Positions 12,174-24,072 of a stretch of 64,000 bases of DNA are shown here, in pieces (position 1 is the stretch's first letter; each line of letters begins with the position of its first letter). Made by a program: the position numbers and the translations under genes. The notes under the pieces were generated by a model. The model saw only the letters and a program-made list of their open reading frames with translations. It did no database searches and had not been told where the DNA came from. This DNA comes from Vitrella brassicaformis CCMP3155 (taxonomy: Eukaryota > Protista > Chromerida), in NCBI GenBank assembly GCA_001179505.1, contig CDMY01000376.1, forward strand, positions 248,001 through 312,000. Reading direction: 5' to 3'.

Positions 12174-14127
12174 TTACAAACCCATGATATCAGCAATGGT
12201 CCAATAATTGTCGATAACTGTGGTGGCGGCGATGTTGTGGTCGCACGGATTGCCGAGTAGCTCGTTGGGTGGGGCACCAGGGTCCCCAGCGATTCCAGCG
12301 TTGTTAAGTGCAATCTGCCAAAAGGAGTCATCCCGCTTTACGACTATGCCAGCGCCGCTCGCTCCCCCGTTCGAGTCAAACTTGTGGTTGACTCTCGTCT
12401 CGCCAAGATCGCAGAAAGGAAAGTCTCCTGTGAAATCAAGTCGGAAAAGCAAAGAACATTCAATTTCAAACCTTTTGGCTATCTGTCTATCTGCCAGTAG
12501 AGTGCCTCTTACGTCGATGCTCATAAAAGAGCTGTTCGTTGTCTGCACCTGTCCCCGGATAGCTGAGCATCCACGCGTCCGCAGTGAAATCAGGACGTAA
12601 CCCACAGACGGCTAGATGACCCAAGTCTGGTAGACCAACCCCCAGAAAGCCAGTCTGATCGCCAATTGGCGTCGTAAAGTGCATGACCGTCCAGTCAATC
12701 CCCCGATTGGCAGTATCTTGATATAACCAGCCCGGAGCCACTTCAACTGAGTCCACCTTGGCAGGTCCATAAGGGCGTTGATACCAACTTTGCCCCGGAT
12801 AAAGTTTGGCACTCTGCAAACAGACAACGACCAACAAACGGTAGGTAGTGGGCAAGCTACGTTGTTTTTGACCACTTCGGTCTGACCCAATTGGGCTTCA
12901 GCCAATTTCCGGCGGGCAAAACAATGACGCGATCCATCCAAGGGATATTGACTTCCCGCTCGGGGAGTTTATCGGTAAAGCAGTGAGCTGCGGTGAGGCC
13001 GAAACTCGGGCCACCTGCCACAGTGCCACTGCAACGCGCGACTGGGCGACCACCTTGTCCATCGTCATATTCGATTTCCAAATATCCTACAGAGACAGGC
13101 AGGCAGGCAGGCAGGCAGATCGATTGACGCATCTCTAGACCATATTTGTCCGCCGAACGCGCTCACCCACCGAATGCTCTCCACGGATAGTCTTCCTGCG
13201 GGCCTGCTCTGGTGCGGCTTTCCCCGTCGAACACACACTCAGGCGAGGCCAAGTCTAGAGTGGCGGTCGTGTTGTCTAGATGGTTGACTGCGTTGTTCTT
13301 GCGGAAGGTGGAAGGCAAAGGCAAAGGCCTGGGGTTCGACGTGGCAACGTCCTTCGGGTCCCAATCCGAGCCTTTCTTGCCAGGCAAACCTGCTAGTGAA
13401 CCAAGAAAGTGTCTCAAGGCATCAGCGCCTGGTTGCACGAGCGTTACTGACCTGACGAGGATATTCCGCGCTCCTTCAGCCTCTGACGCATCTCCTCATA
13501 GGTGCTGGCCCTCAGACGGGCATATGTGTCGCCCCCTGGCACAATACGAACAGTCCTGACCCTTTCCAGGCGGACCGCTTCCGCCTCTCCACGTGAATCT
13601 CTCAGTGCCTTCTGTCGGTCGGTCGAGTTGGTCCCGCCGGTGAGGCGCCCAATGAAGACGTAGCCCTGATCGCGGAACCGATGAACGACCGCTGGAGTGA
13701 GCTGTTGCGCTCCACCCGCCGATTCGCGGATGTCGGAGAGCTTCACGAAGGCGAAGTTGTTCCCCAGCTTGATGGCTCCCTTGTTGATGTCCTCACAGCT
13801 GCCTTGGTGGCGGATGGTCTGCTTCTGGCATAGCGCGAGGCACCCCGTGGCGAACGTGATTTCGTTATCGGCACAGACCAGCTGCTCATTGGCGACAAGC
13901 GCATGGCGGGTGCCGCGAGGGGCGGAGCTGCCGACAGGGGTGAAGGTTTGGCAGTTGCAGAGGGAGCCGACGTCTAACACACACACACAGACCATCCAGC
14001 CACGCAGCCATCATCGTGTCTGTCGATCACCGTCTTTTCTGGGGTTGCTTCCGTCCTCTGGCGAAGGGCAGGCAGTGATCATGGCAAAGAGGAGAAATCC
14101 GACGAGGCAGCACAGGCACTTCGTCAT
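12174..14127 (-). CDS. Secreted Kazal-domain + trypsin-like (V8/glutamyl-endopeptidase-type) serine protease
   Basis: Signal peptide MTKCLCCLVGFLLFAMITA (ATG 14127). Kazal-like VCADNEITFATGCLALCQKQTIRHQGSC. Mature-start motif VFDGESRTRAGPQEDYPWRAFG. Catalytic His in CSGT...LTAAHC, Asp in GIDWTVMHF, Ser in FDSNGGASGAGIV. Phase-consistent introns include 14030-13974 and 13451-13390. Stop TAA at 12174-12176. Confidence 0.85.
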
Positions 14128-14395
14128 TGCTGCGAGGTGAACGGGAAGGCCACTGCCTTGCCATCTGCCAGTACGGCTCCGTTAGCGTCCGTTACCGGCA
14201 TCGTTCACGGAGCTAACGACGACGACCAACGATGCTCCGTTAGAGGCATTTTGGTCGACCAAAATTCCTCAATGCAGGCAGGAAACCAAGCAAGGAGCCG
14301 CCAGCCAAAAGGCAAAGGCCCGCCGCGCGTTCCGAGGCGTGTGTTTACATTTTTTGCCGTTGGGACTCATGTATATTGTGTGAGTGCCTGTATAT

Positions 14396-14618
14396 CATTA
14401 GAAAAGGCCTTGATAGATCGGTCGCATGAAGGCATGAATGCACACCCAAACAATGTCTCCCCCACAGATGTAGGAATGCTCAGATACATGGCTACTACAT
14501 CCCCATCATGATGCGCATGACACACATGGCCATGGATGGATGGATGGAGTCTGTACTCATTCATGTGTGTTCACCGGCCACACACATCAACCATCCATCC
14601 ATCCATCGATTCACCAGC
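14396..14618 (+). repeat. Diverged direct repeat, copy 2 (partner at 11603-11777)
   Basis: Same ordered blocks as 11603-11777, with extra (GATG)n/(CATC)n inserted. Confidence 0.85.
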
Positions 14619-14748
14619 AGCTCAATGGCCGGCCCTGACACGCACACCCAGAGTGTGTGCGTGTGGGTGTGCGTCTGCTGCATGTGCAAGCTGCCCTGCC
14701 GGCTACCTGCTCAGTTCATTCGTCAATTCCAGTCATCCAGTCGTCCAG

Positions 14749-17525
14749 TCAATGGCCATCGGTGACAGTCTCAGGCACTGTGGCATCACTGCGCACGCCG
14801 CCGGTGCCCCTGCACTCATACACATTGATCATGATGCAGACGCATGGGCCAGCGCACTTCTTCTTTCACGTGTCCCTCCCTTACGCGCGATCCACTTGCT
14901 GCACGGGCGGCCGGGGAAGGGCTGGCACACAGAGCGTCAGGTGCATTCAAACAATTGCAATGGTGACTGTCTCTTCCTCAGGTACCTCTGTTGATAATGT
15001 GCTGGTGCTGGTGCTGTGTTTGTGGCTGCTGTGTGCGCATCCGCCGCACACCAACACCCCCACCACTGGCACCACCAGCAGCAGCAGACAGCTCCCCCTC
15101 GGTGGCGGCGTGGCGGGGTGGTCGATTGACAGCTGTGGTGAGCTCGCCGGCAGTGGAAGGCCTACAGATACACCCACGCACAAGAACGTGTGTGTGCATG
15201 CAGATCCATACATGCGAATACCTGTTGTAGGTGGTGTATCTGCCTCCTGCCGATGGCCGCCCGTCGGTGCTCTTGACACGCGGCGACGAACCAACCTATC
15301 ACACACACACACACACATACACATATTCTTTGCCTCTGTGCATACTCGCAGATGTGTATTCGGATACCTGGCCGCTCGGTCTGTTGCGTCGAGGGCTTGC
15401 GGACGTCACTCTCGCAGCAATGCCGTCATAGGACGGCAGCTTATCAACAACCATGCCCTTGCCACGCACATACGACGTGCCGGCAGAAAAACCTGCAAGA
15501 CTCACACACGTAGGCATGTACCCACGCGTCGCATGTTGGTGTGTGGCCCGACTGACGCACCCAGGTTCGCCCGCTCTTTGGGCGGCGACGCTGCGCGCGT
15601 GACGCTGCCGTACGGCAGCCACGGACGAGGCGAGGGCGACCGACGGTTAGCTGACATAGACCGGAGAGACATATGCAAATGCGTGTCAATCGTGATACTG
15701 TGTGTTGTGGTGTGTTTCGTCTTGCCCGCGTTGCGCTCGCCGCTGGGGCTGCGATCTCGCACAGCAGCACCAGCAGCTGCCGGCCGGGGTCGCACCGGGG
15801 CAGGGGGCGCCTGAATGCACACACCACACCACACCACGTACGGACACAGACACACACAGGGATCACGTGTATCTATGAGAGTATGTGTCGCTAGCCACAC
15901 ACCTCCTGCTGCAGCGAGTTTGCGGCTGTGTGTTGGTTAAAGGCAATGCCGACACCGATGTTGGGCCGCTCCCGTCCCCTGCTGGGCTGGAGATCCCTCT
16001 CCCTCTCCCGCCCACCCCGCGTGTGCATGACGCCCCGGCCAAAGCCTCCCGACACCGCCGCTGCGCCGCCAGACGGCCGCGGACTCGCAGACCGGCTACC
16101 TCCCCGGCTCTTCTGCTGCTGCTGCTGCTGGACGTCGTTGCCCGTGCCCCTCATCAAAGTGCCCCGCAGTCGGTGAGACAGCTTTGAAGCCCCGCTGTCC
16201 TCCTTGCCTGCACCGCGCACGTCACGTGAATGAATGTGTATAAATGGATGTGTGTTAGTATGTGGTGTTGTGGCTCACCCATGGCGTTAGCACCGGTCAT
16301 CAGGTATCCCCTGGAAGGACTCTTGGCCATCATGGCCCGCTGTGCGGCCACCTTGCCGCGGTAGCGCCCCGCAGACGTGCTCGCAATAGACGATGGGCTG
16401 CATATGGACCATGCAGAACCATGTTGATGAATGTGGCACATGTGGTGGGAGTGTGGTGCCTACGTGTTTGCCTCATTCTCGTTGGCTTGATTCCCAGCGG
16501 CAGCAGCAGGCACAGCCTTGGCACCTCCTGCACACACAAAGGATGGCTGAATGGCCGGCCATGTGCACCTGCCTGTGAAGGTGATTGCTGTGTACCAGTG
16601 GGTGGTTTCTTCCTCTCTATGACGAGTCTTGCGGATGGCTGCACAGCGGGGGGCGACACACGGCCACTGCGGACTGCATAGGTACTCGCATACAAACACA
16701 CACACGTGGCGATTTGTGTACTTTCGCATGTGCATGTGATGGCACCATGTGTGCGTGTATGGAATGGAATGGTCGCTCACCGCCCCGCTGCACATTAGTG
16801 TGGGTGTTGTGTGTGACGTGTGGGGGCGTGATGGGCGGCGCCTCCCAGTGCAGATGAGCACCACCCGACACTGCACACACACACCCCACGCACCCCACAC
16901 AGACCCATCAAGGCGTACCCACACATTGAAGCGCATCCATGCTCACCCCTTTCCCTCTCCCTCTCCCGTCTCCCATCGTCCAGCCGAACGCTCTCATGTT
17001 GCTCATGGCGGTCGTCTGTCTCATCGTCAGTGCCGGTCTCGTGTGTGGCGCCGCCATGTGCTGTCGGGGGTGACTGGGAGGGCGGCGACGGGAAGAACAA
17101 CGAATCCTGCACAGGTGCAGGGGTGGCAATGGGGTGTGTGGCGTAGCGGCATGTGCGTGCATGGTGTGCGCACCGCTATGAGGCCCCGCTGCCTCTGCCG
17201 CGTGTACTCGTCAATGATATATCTGACCAATGAATGCAGGAAGAGACACACACACAGACACGCTCATATGCTGGTCTGGTCTGCTGCTCGGACGTCTCAC
17301 TGGCTGGCTGGATGACATACACATACTTGAGTGTCTGGTGCCTTCGCAACAGGGGGCGCACGTCAGGCTGGCTTACCTACACAAACACACACACACACAC
17401 ACACACCATACACCGATACGTAGGATGCATTGATGCATTCTTCACCCCCCCACCCCACCAGGACATGCAGTATCGGCAAGGTCTGCAGCAGCTCCTGGTC
17501 AGTACTGTCACCCAGGAAACTCTAT

Positions 17526-17557
<32 letters not shown>

Positions 17558-19069
17558 ATGTCGGTCGGTGTACGTGCCCCCATGCTTCCATGGGTACATG
17601 TATGAAAATGCCGTTGTCCGGCTGGAACGCAAACGATATGAGTGAGTTGTCAATCAAAATCAGATGCGACAGCGGCCGTCCCAACAAACGCAAATCCTGC
17701 ACACACCCACACACACCCACACACACATAATATAGACGTCGACACACACGTGTGTCGGGGCTGCCTGGGGTGTGGGTGGGCTGTGTTGTGTTTGCGGCTT
17801 GCCTTGATATAGTATCCTCTGTGTTCGACGCAGTGATACCGATACAGCCGGTGGGAGAAGAACTCGTTGTTCGGGTCCAGCTGGGCGATGATCTGCAGTG
17901 ACACACCGACACACGCGCGCCTCTGCCTGTAGTGGATTGGATCGAGCCTGCCTTCCTCCGTGTCGTGTCTACCTGGTCGGCTGCACAGGTACGTACGGAC
18001 ATTGCAGAGAGAAAGGCGAAGCGAAACACACAGGTATCGCAGCCTCACGGTGGCTGGCTTACTTACCATAGTCATGGTTGGCCGCCGTGTAGCACACCTG
18101 ACCGTTACACATATACACACGTATACACTCAAGCTGTGTGTGTCCATCCATCCATCCATCCATCCATCCATCCAGTGTGCGTGTGTGTGTGGTCACCACT
18201 TCGAACAGGTTTGCGCACGTCTTGAGGAACTCGCGAATGTACGGGCGGAAATACACATACGCCTGCACAGCACAGCACCACAGCACAAAACCACAACCCC
18301 CCGCCACATATATATGTGTATGCGTCTGCGCAGCGTTCCGCTCATTCATTCATTCGCTGGCTGATAATATATCTACGGACCCAGCTGTCGTCCTCCTGGC
18401 TCCTGACGATCATGTCGTGGGGGTGCTCCAACGACTCAAACTGAGTGTGCGTCAACCTTCACACAGCAGGGCCAACACAGAAACCGACACACACGCACAC
18501 GGTTGTTGCGAATATGTCCATGCGATCTGTCCATCTGTGTGTGTATGTGTGTGCGCACGTACGTTTCGTCCATATCGAGCAGCAGTGTCTTGCGATCAGA
18601 GCTAGAGGGCGGCCTGGGGAGAAGGAAGGCATCCAATGTATATATGCGATGCACAATGGGCCCGTGTCTTTTACTGACAGTGCATTCGGGACGTTTGGGT
18701 GTATTTCGCAGTTCTTGGGCAGCGTGCTGATGAACTCCAGCGCCAACAACGTCTCACGGGGCACGTCCTGCCTGCATCCACACACCACACCCATCCAATC
18801 CACAGTTGCCATGGAGCCTCTTTCTTTCTTCCTCTCTGGATGGACCATCTGAATCCCTCCCCTATGAAGGATATCTCCTCGGGCGTCGGCTCATGCGGAC
18901 TGCAACCATCCTCACATCCACACACACAATTGATGCACACGAATGCGGATGCATCTTCTCTGCCTTTCACTCACCTTCTCGGCGATGCGGCAGCAGGCCG
19001 ACTGGACACAGACGACTGCGAGGACGATGGGCCTGCAGGAGGACGATGCATCCCTCCCTCCCCCGTCAT
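14749..19069 (-). CDS. NLI-interacting-factor / SCP-type (FCP1-like) HAD phosphatase with long low-complexity S/R/P-rich C-terminal tail
   Basis: Spliced exons give KTLLLDMDETLTH (DxDxT motif), VYFRPYIREFLKTCANLFEVV, YTAANHDY, LFSHRLYRYHC-like FFSHRLYRYHCVEHRGYYIK, DLRLLGRPLSHLILIDNSLISFAFQPDNGI and FLGDSTDQELLQTLPIL. Start (19069) and the tail exons/stop (about 14749) are less certain. Confidence 0.85.
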
Positions 19070-19131
19070 GAAAATTTACGAGAGGGGAGGCGGGTGCTGG
19101 GGGAGGAAAGTCCACACACCGTGTCGTGTGA
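19070..19131. promoter_or_regulatory. Putative very short bidirectional promoter between the NIF phosphatase (-) and WDR92 (+)
   Basis: Only 62 nt separate the inferred divergent ATGs (19069 and 19132). No specific motif was identified. Confidence 0.45.
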
Positions 19132-21514
19132 ATGGACACGACGAATGCGCCCCAGATCATCCCTCACCACATCGAGAGCGTCCAATATACCCCTTTCGCG
19201 GCAAGGTAGGTACAAACACACTCTGCTGCGCACCTCTGTTCCATTCACTCTGCCGGTTCGTGTGTGCGTGTGACCACACTCACAGATGGGTGCCGCATTC
19301 GCCGCGTTTCGTCATCTTGGGTCAGTTGCCGCGGGCCACGGGGTGCCTCAAAATATACGAGATGGAGAGGGAGAAGCTCAAGATTGTCGCTGACGTAAGT
19401 AGACTTTAAGGGCCATTCTCACGGCGAACAACGGGCGGATCTCCGTGTGTGTGTGTGTGTGTCTGTGTCTGTGTCTGCATGGCGTGCGTGTGGATCCCAT
19501 CCCGTCCAACCACGTACATGTGCAGACTGAGAAGCCGGCAGGGCTGCAGTGCGGGACGTTTGCGGCTTCCCCCAATGAGAGCGCACTCATCGCCACGGGC
19601 GACACCAAAGGCAATGTCGCCATGTGGTCAGCAAGCAATGAACGACGCACGCACACTTTGTGTGTGATGTGTGGTCTCTGTGGGATGGATGGATGGATGG
19701 ATGGCTGCAGGGACATCGATGCGCTGAGCCGTCCGATGTGGTCGTGTGTAGAGGGGCACAAGGGCATCGTCAACGCCATCGACGGATGCGGGTGGGGTGC
19801 GTCCGGATGCACTGCACCAATCAGTACTTACACACACAGGCCATCCCACCTATGTGTGTATTCACCACGTGCGGCGAATGCGTGCAGGGGTCAGAATATT
19901 GGTTATGGGGCGCCGGAGCTCGTCACGGGCGGCAGGGACGGTACGCTTATTACAGACACACGACGCCACGCCCCATTGATGCGTTCTTTCATCGCTGCCT
20001 GGCCTGCAGGGTGTGTCCGTGTGTGGGATCCACGGCAGGAGGACGCTGTAGTGGCACTAGAACCGGTAAGCGATGGATGGATGGATGGATGACAATGTCT
20101 GTCTCGCATGTGTGTGTGTGTGTGCGCTGCATCTGCATCTATCTGCCCGTCCGTCCACTATGGATGGCTTGCCTGCAGGTAGAGGGCGAGACGCCGGCTG
20201 ACTGCTGGGCGGTGGCGTTTGGCAACGCACACAACGAGCAGGAGAGATCCATCTGCGCCGGATACGACAACGGTATATATGAGCGTATTGTAGGTACACA
20301 CACATGACATGGAATCGATCATGCACACCACACCACACCACACCCAACACAACACAACACACAACGCAAGGCCCATCACACAATGCAGGTGATGTCAAGT
20401 TGTTCGACCTTCGGACCATGACACTAAGATGGGACACCAACGTCAAGAACGGGGTGGGTCAGTTAGAGAGCGAGAGAAGAGAGACACAGCACAGGGTGGA
20501 AAGTGGTGTCATATGCTGATTGATGCATCGATACGCACGGTACAGGTGTGCGGGGTGGCCTTCGATCGCAAAGACATCAACATGAACAAACTCGCCGTCG
20601 CCACGCTCGAACAGAACGTGGTACGCACACACACAGAGAGAGCCCCCCACCCCCTGCACACACCTCTTTATGTCTGTGCACACCACACAGACGGTGTTTG
20701 ATTTGCGGACGTTTCACCCCGAGGAGGGCTACGCCGGGCGGACCGAGAAGGCCCACAAGTCGACGGTGTGGGGAGTGCACTTCCTACCACAGGTGGGTGG
20801 ATGGATGGATGGATGGTGGGGTGTGGTGGTCATCCCTATGTCTGTCTGATGTCGATGTGGGTGCGGATGGGGCACAAGCAGAATCGTGAGTTGTTTGCGA
20901 CGTGTGGCGGCAACGGGCAGATCAACCTTTACAAATAGTACCAACCACAGCACAGACAGCTGCACACATCGTGGCGGGCACGGGCCTGTCTGTCTGTCTG
21001 TCTTTCTGTCTGTCTGTCTGTCTGTGTGTGTAGTTCGTATCCGATGGAGCGGAAGCGCAAAGACCCCGACAACCCCTCGCTCGAGAAGGGAGTCGCAGGT
21101 CAGTCAGCCGGGGTGTGTGGTGTGTGCACGTCTGCAGGGGTGTGGACGTATGTGTTATGCATCGCATTCATGTGTGTGTGCATGGGATGGTATGGGATGG
21201 TATATGGTGCCCTCACTGCAGGTACGTTAGAGCTGCTGAATCAGAAGGACATCGCAACACAGCCCATCGTCAGCTTCGACTGGTGGGTACCTATACACAC
21301 AGACACTCACTCAGGAGGTGTGTGTGTGGCGGGGATGGAGATGTGTGTGTTGTGTGTGTGTGTGTGTGTGTCTTGTGGGTGTATGGGTGTGTCTTGTGGG
21401 TGTGTGTGTGGACATACGCTACGCAGGCACCGTGACAAGCTGGGCCTGTCGTGCATGGCGTGTCTGGACCAGACAGTCAGGGTCGTCATCGTCACAAAGC
21501 TGGACACCTTCTGA
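19132..21514 (+). CDS. WDR92: WD repeat protein 92 (DNAAF10; R2TP/prefoldin-associated dynein assembly factor)
   Basis: [10 protein letters not shown]...[122 protein letters not shown]. All are colinear with known WDR92 sequence. Confidence 0.96.
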
Positions 21515-21901
21515 CAGACACTGACTGACTGCCACATGTGTACAGACAGACAGACCAACGACGTCAGACAGACATACAGGTACGTGTGGTGTGCTTAGGT
21601 GTCTGTCTGTCAATACGGTCATCCCCTGTCGACCGACACATGAGAAATACACACCACACCCTCACTCAAGGCTGTCTTGGACAGACAGAGAGGCCCATAT
21701 CTATCGATGAGATGAAGAACACAGAAAAGACCTTCCTCTTTATATACACGCTACGCTACACCCTACAGGCTTCCCTTCCCCAAAATTGCCTCCCTGCCTG
21801 TCTGTCTGTCTACATACATACTTCTAGCTAGCTATAGAGCCGCCAACAGACAAATACGCAGCCTTCCTCACTCGCACATCTCAGCCCACACACACACTCG
21901 A

Positions 21902-23807
21902 TCAGCCCTTGAGCCACTCGTACCAAGTCCTTTGGCTGGCCGGTCCGTCGAGCTCCGGGATGTAACAGAAGGATGTGTTGCCGTCAGCCGAACGCTCATT
22001 CACCTGAATGAAACAGACAGACAGGACAGATACACAACACGACACAAGCGGACGTACAGAAGTGTTCGCATCACCTCTCCCTCTCTCTGCGTGTGTGTGG
22101 GGAGAGGTGGGTGTGGGTGTGGGTGTGTACATGGTTGTTTGGGAAGACCATGGTCGACGTGCCGTAGCCCATCTTCCTCGCCACATCCTGTGTGTTTGTT
22201 TTGTTGTTTGTGTGTGTTATGTGTGTACGCACCAGCACACATATCACATGACATCACATCACATGAGATGCCACGCCCCCGTGTGTGCGGTGCGACACGA
22301 CAGAACCCACCTTACCTTGTAGGTTTGCAGTGCCTCCTTTGACATGGTCGGCCGCCGCGAGTACATTATCACCGATGTCCACCACTTGCTGTCCTCACGA
22401 CGCACCTGTGTGGTGTGCAGTGCACCGCAGCCACCACCCAGACACACACACTCACGTGCATCACCCATATGTGTGTCTTTGTAGAGACAGACGCGTTGCA
22501 TTCACGCTTTGCTGACTGACCGGTGATAAAGCGGCGCAGTAGTAGTAGATGACGTACTCGTTGGGCTTGTGCGCCAACACCACATAAGGCCGATCGTCAT
22601 TCCAGAACAACTTGCCTGCACACAGAGGGAGGGAGGGAGGGAGGGTGTTTGTTTGGACGGGCATCTGTGTACCTACCTGGTGTGTCGGTTGCTGTGAAGT
22701 TGCCAAAATCCTGTGCCTCCTTCCAATGCAGCTTGCCGTCCTTCTCCTTCACATTACCACGGTACCTGTGTTGTGTTGCGTACACGCACATCCATCCATC
22801 CATCCACCCGCACCCACCCCTCCTCCCACAAGAAACACTCACCACTCGTGCATGTGCCATTTGTGTCGATTGTCGCGTTCGTCCGGCGGGTAGTGTGTGA
22901 TGTTGACCCGCTGGCAGTCGTAGTTGTCTAGGTCGGTCATGCCGATGGTCAAGTACCAGCTGCCCTCGAGCACCTCGGGGCTGAAGGTGGCGTCGGGGGT
23001 GGGGTGCAGACACCTCCCGTCCTTGGGCAGGTGCAGCACGCCGCCGTCCGGCCTGATGTGAACCGACACACACGGATGGATGGATGGATGGATGGATGGA
23101 TGGATGGATGTGCTGCACAGAGTTTGGGCATTGCCCCCGCCGACAGACCTGACTGACCTGCTTGACAGAGGGATGTCGAAGCATTCATCGAGGCATGTGG
23201 TTAGCGTGAAGAACTTCTGCCGCCGGTGGGGATAGCTGATACATCACATCCACCACACCAAGCGAACAAACAACCAATCAGTCAATCAACACACACTCCC
23301 TCTCTTCCCCCGCTCCCCTTCCCCCTCTCACTCACCAGCAGGGCACCCAGTTGGTGAGGTTGATGACCCTCTCCTTCTCGTGCTCGGGGCCCTCCTTGGG
23401 AATCACAGACACACCCGCACACTGCAACGCCTCACGGCAGTCAACATCTATGTTACACATACACATCACCGAGACCGCAACGCACACAACACAGATCACA
23501 GACGACAGGGGAACATGGGTGGCTGCATTAATTGCATCATGATGGTAGTATCCTTGTGTTTGCTGCTGTTCTCTGCTGGCTGACCGGAGAGGCACTTGAG
23601 GAATGTGTTGGAGCAGTGCAGCAGCGGGCTGATGCGGCACAGCTGTCGGCTCCTCTTCAGAGCAAACACTATGGCGACAACCGCCACACCCGCCTGATGA
23701 TGATGAGAATATACATAACAAGCCACAGTCCCGGGCGTCACTCTGTGCTCCATTCTTCCTGTGCTTCTTGCCTTGAAAGCGCCCTGCCAGCCGAAGGTTT
23801 CGCCCAT
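21902..23807 (-). CDS. Violaxanthin de-epoxidase-like (VDE/VDL/VDR-type) lipocalin-domain protein
   Basis: Cys-rich N-region LHCSNTFLKCLSDVDCREALQC...PCCY...TCLDECF. Lipocalin FSPEVLEGSWYLTIGMTDLDNYDCQ resembles VDE [26 protein letters not shown]. Also YVVLAHKPNEYVIYYYC and VIMYSRRPTMSKEALQTYKDVARKMG. Stop at 21902-21904. The start (23807, alternatively 24038) is uncertain. Confidence 0.65.
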
Positions 23808-24072
23808 GTCGATGAGTAACTGAACTGATCTCTCCGGAAAGTTGCTCGAGAGATCAGCTGGAAAGATCCTCACTTTCAGGTCAACGCTATACGAATGACG
23901 TTGAGTGGCGATAGAGATCGGCAAAAGCTGCGCCTCAAAGCTCGCAAATGGCGATCGGTCGGAAGAAGGGAATGAGGGAGAAGTAGGCGTTGATGATAAG
24001 AGAGGCGTGTAGAGTCTGCTGGCGCCCTGGAACGGCAATTCGATTCATAGCTTTCAGCGACGTGGCTGCGAG

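Noticed and set aside
13429-13451. Apparent frameshift or 23-nt micro-intron in the protease gene
   Set aside because: The same donor (GTCAGT, 13451) has a phase-compatible acceptor at 13390 (TTTCTTGGTTCACTAGCAG), giving an ordinary 62-nt intron.
23496-24038. Microsatellite-poor 180-aa ORF that looked like a foreign island
   Set aside because: Part of it (KCLS) splices in frame to DVDCREALQC of the VDE-like gene, so it is best explained as that gene's 5' exons plus promoter.
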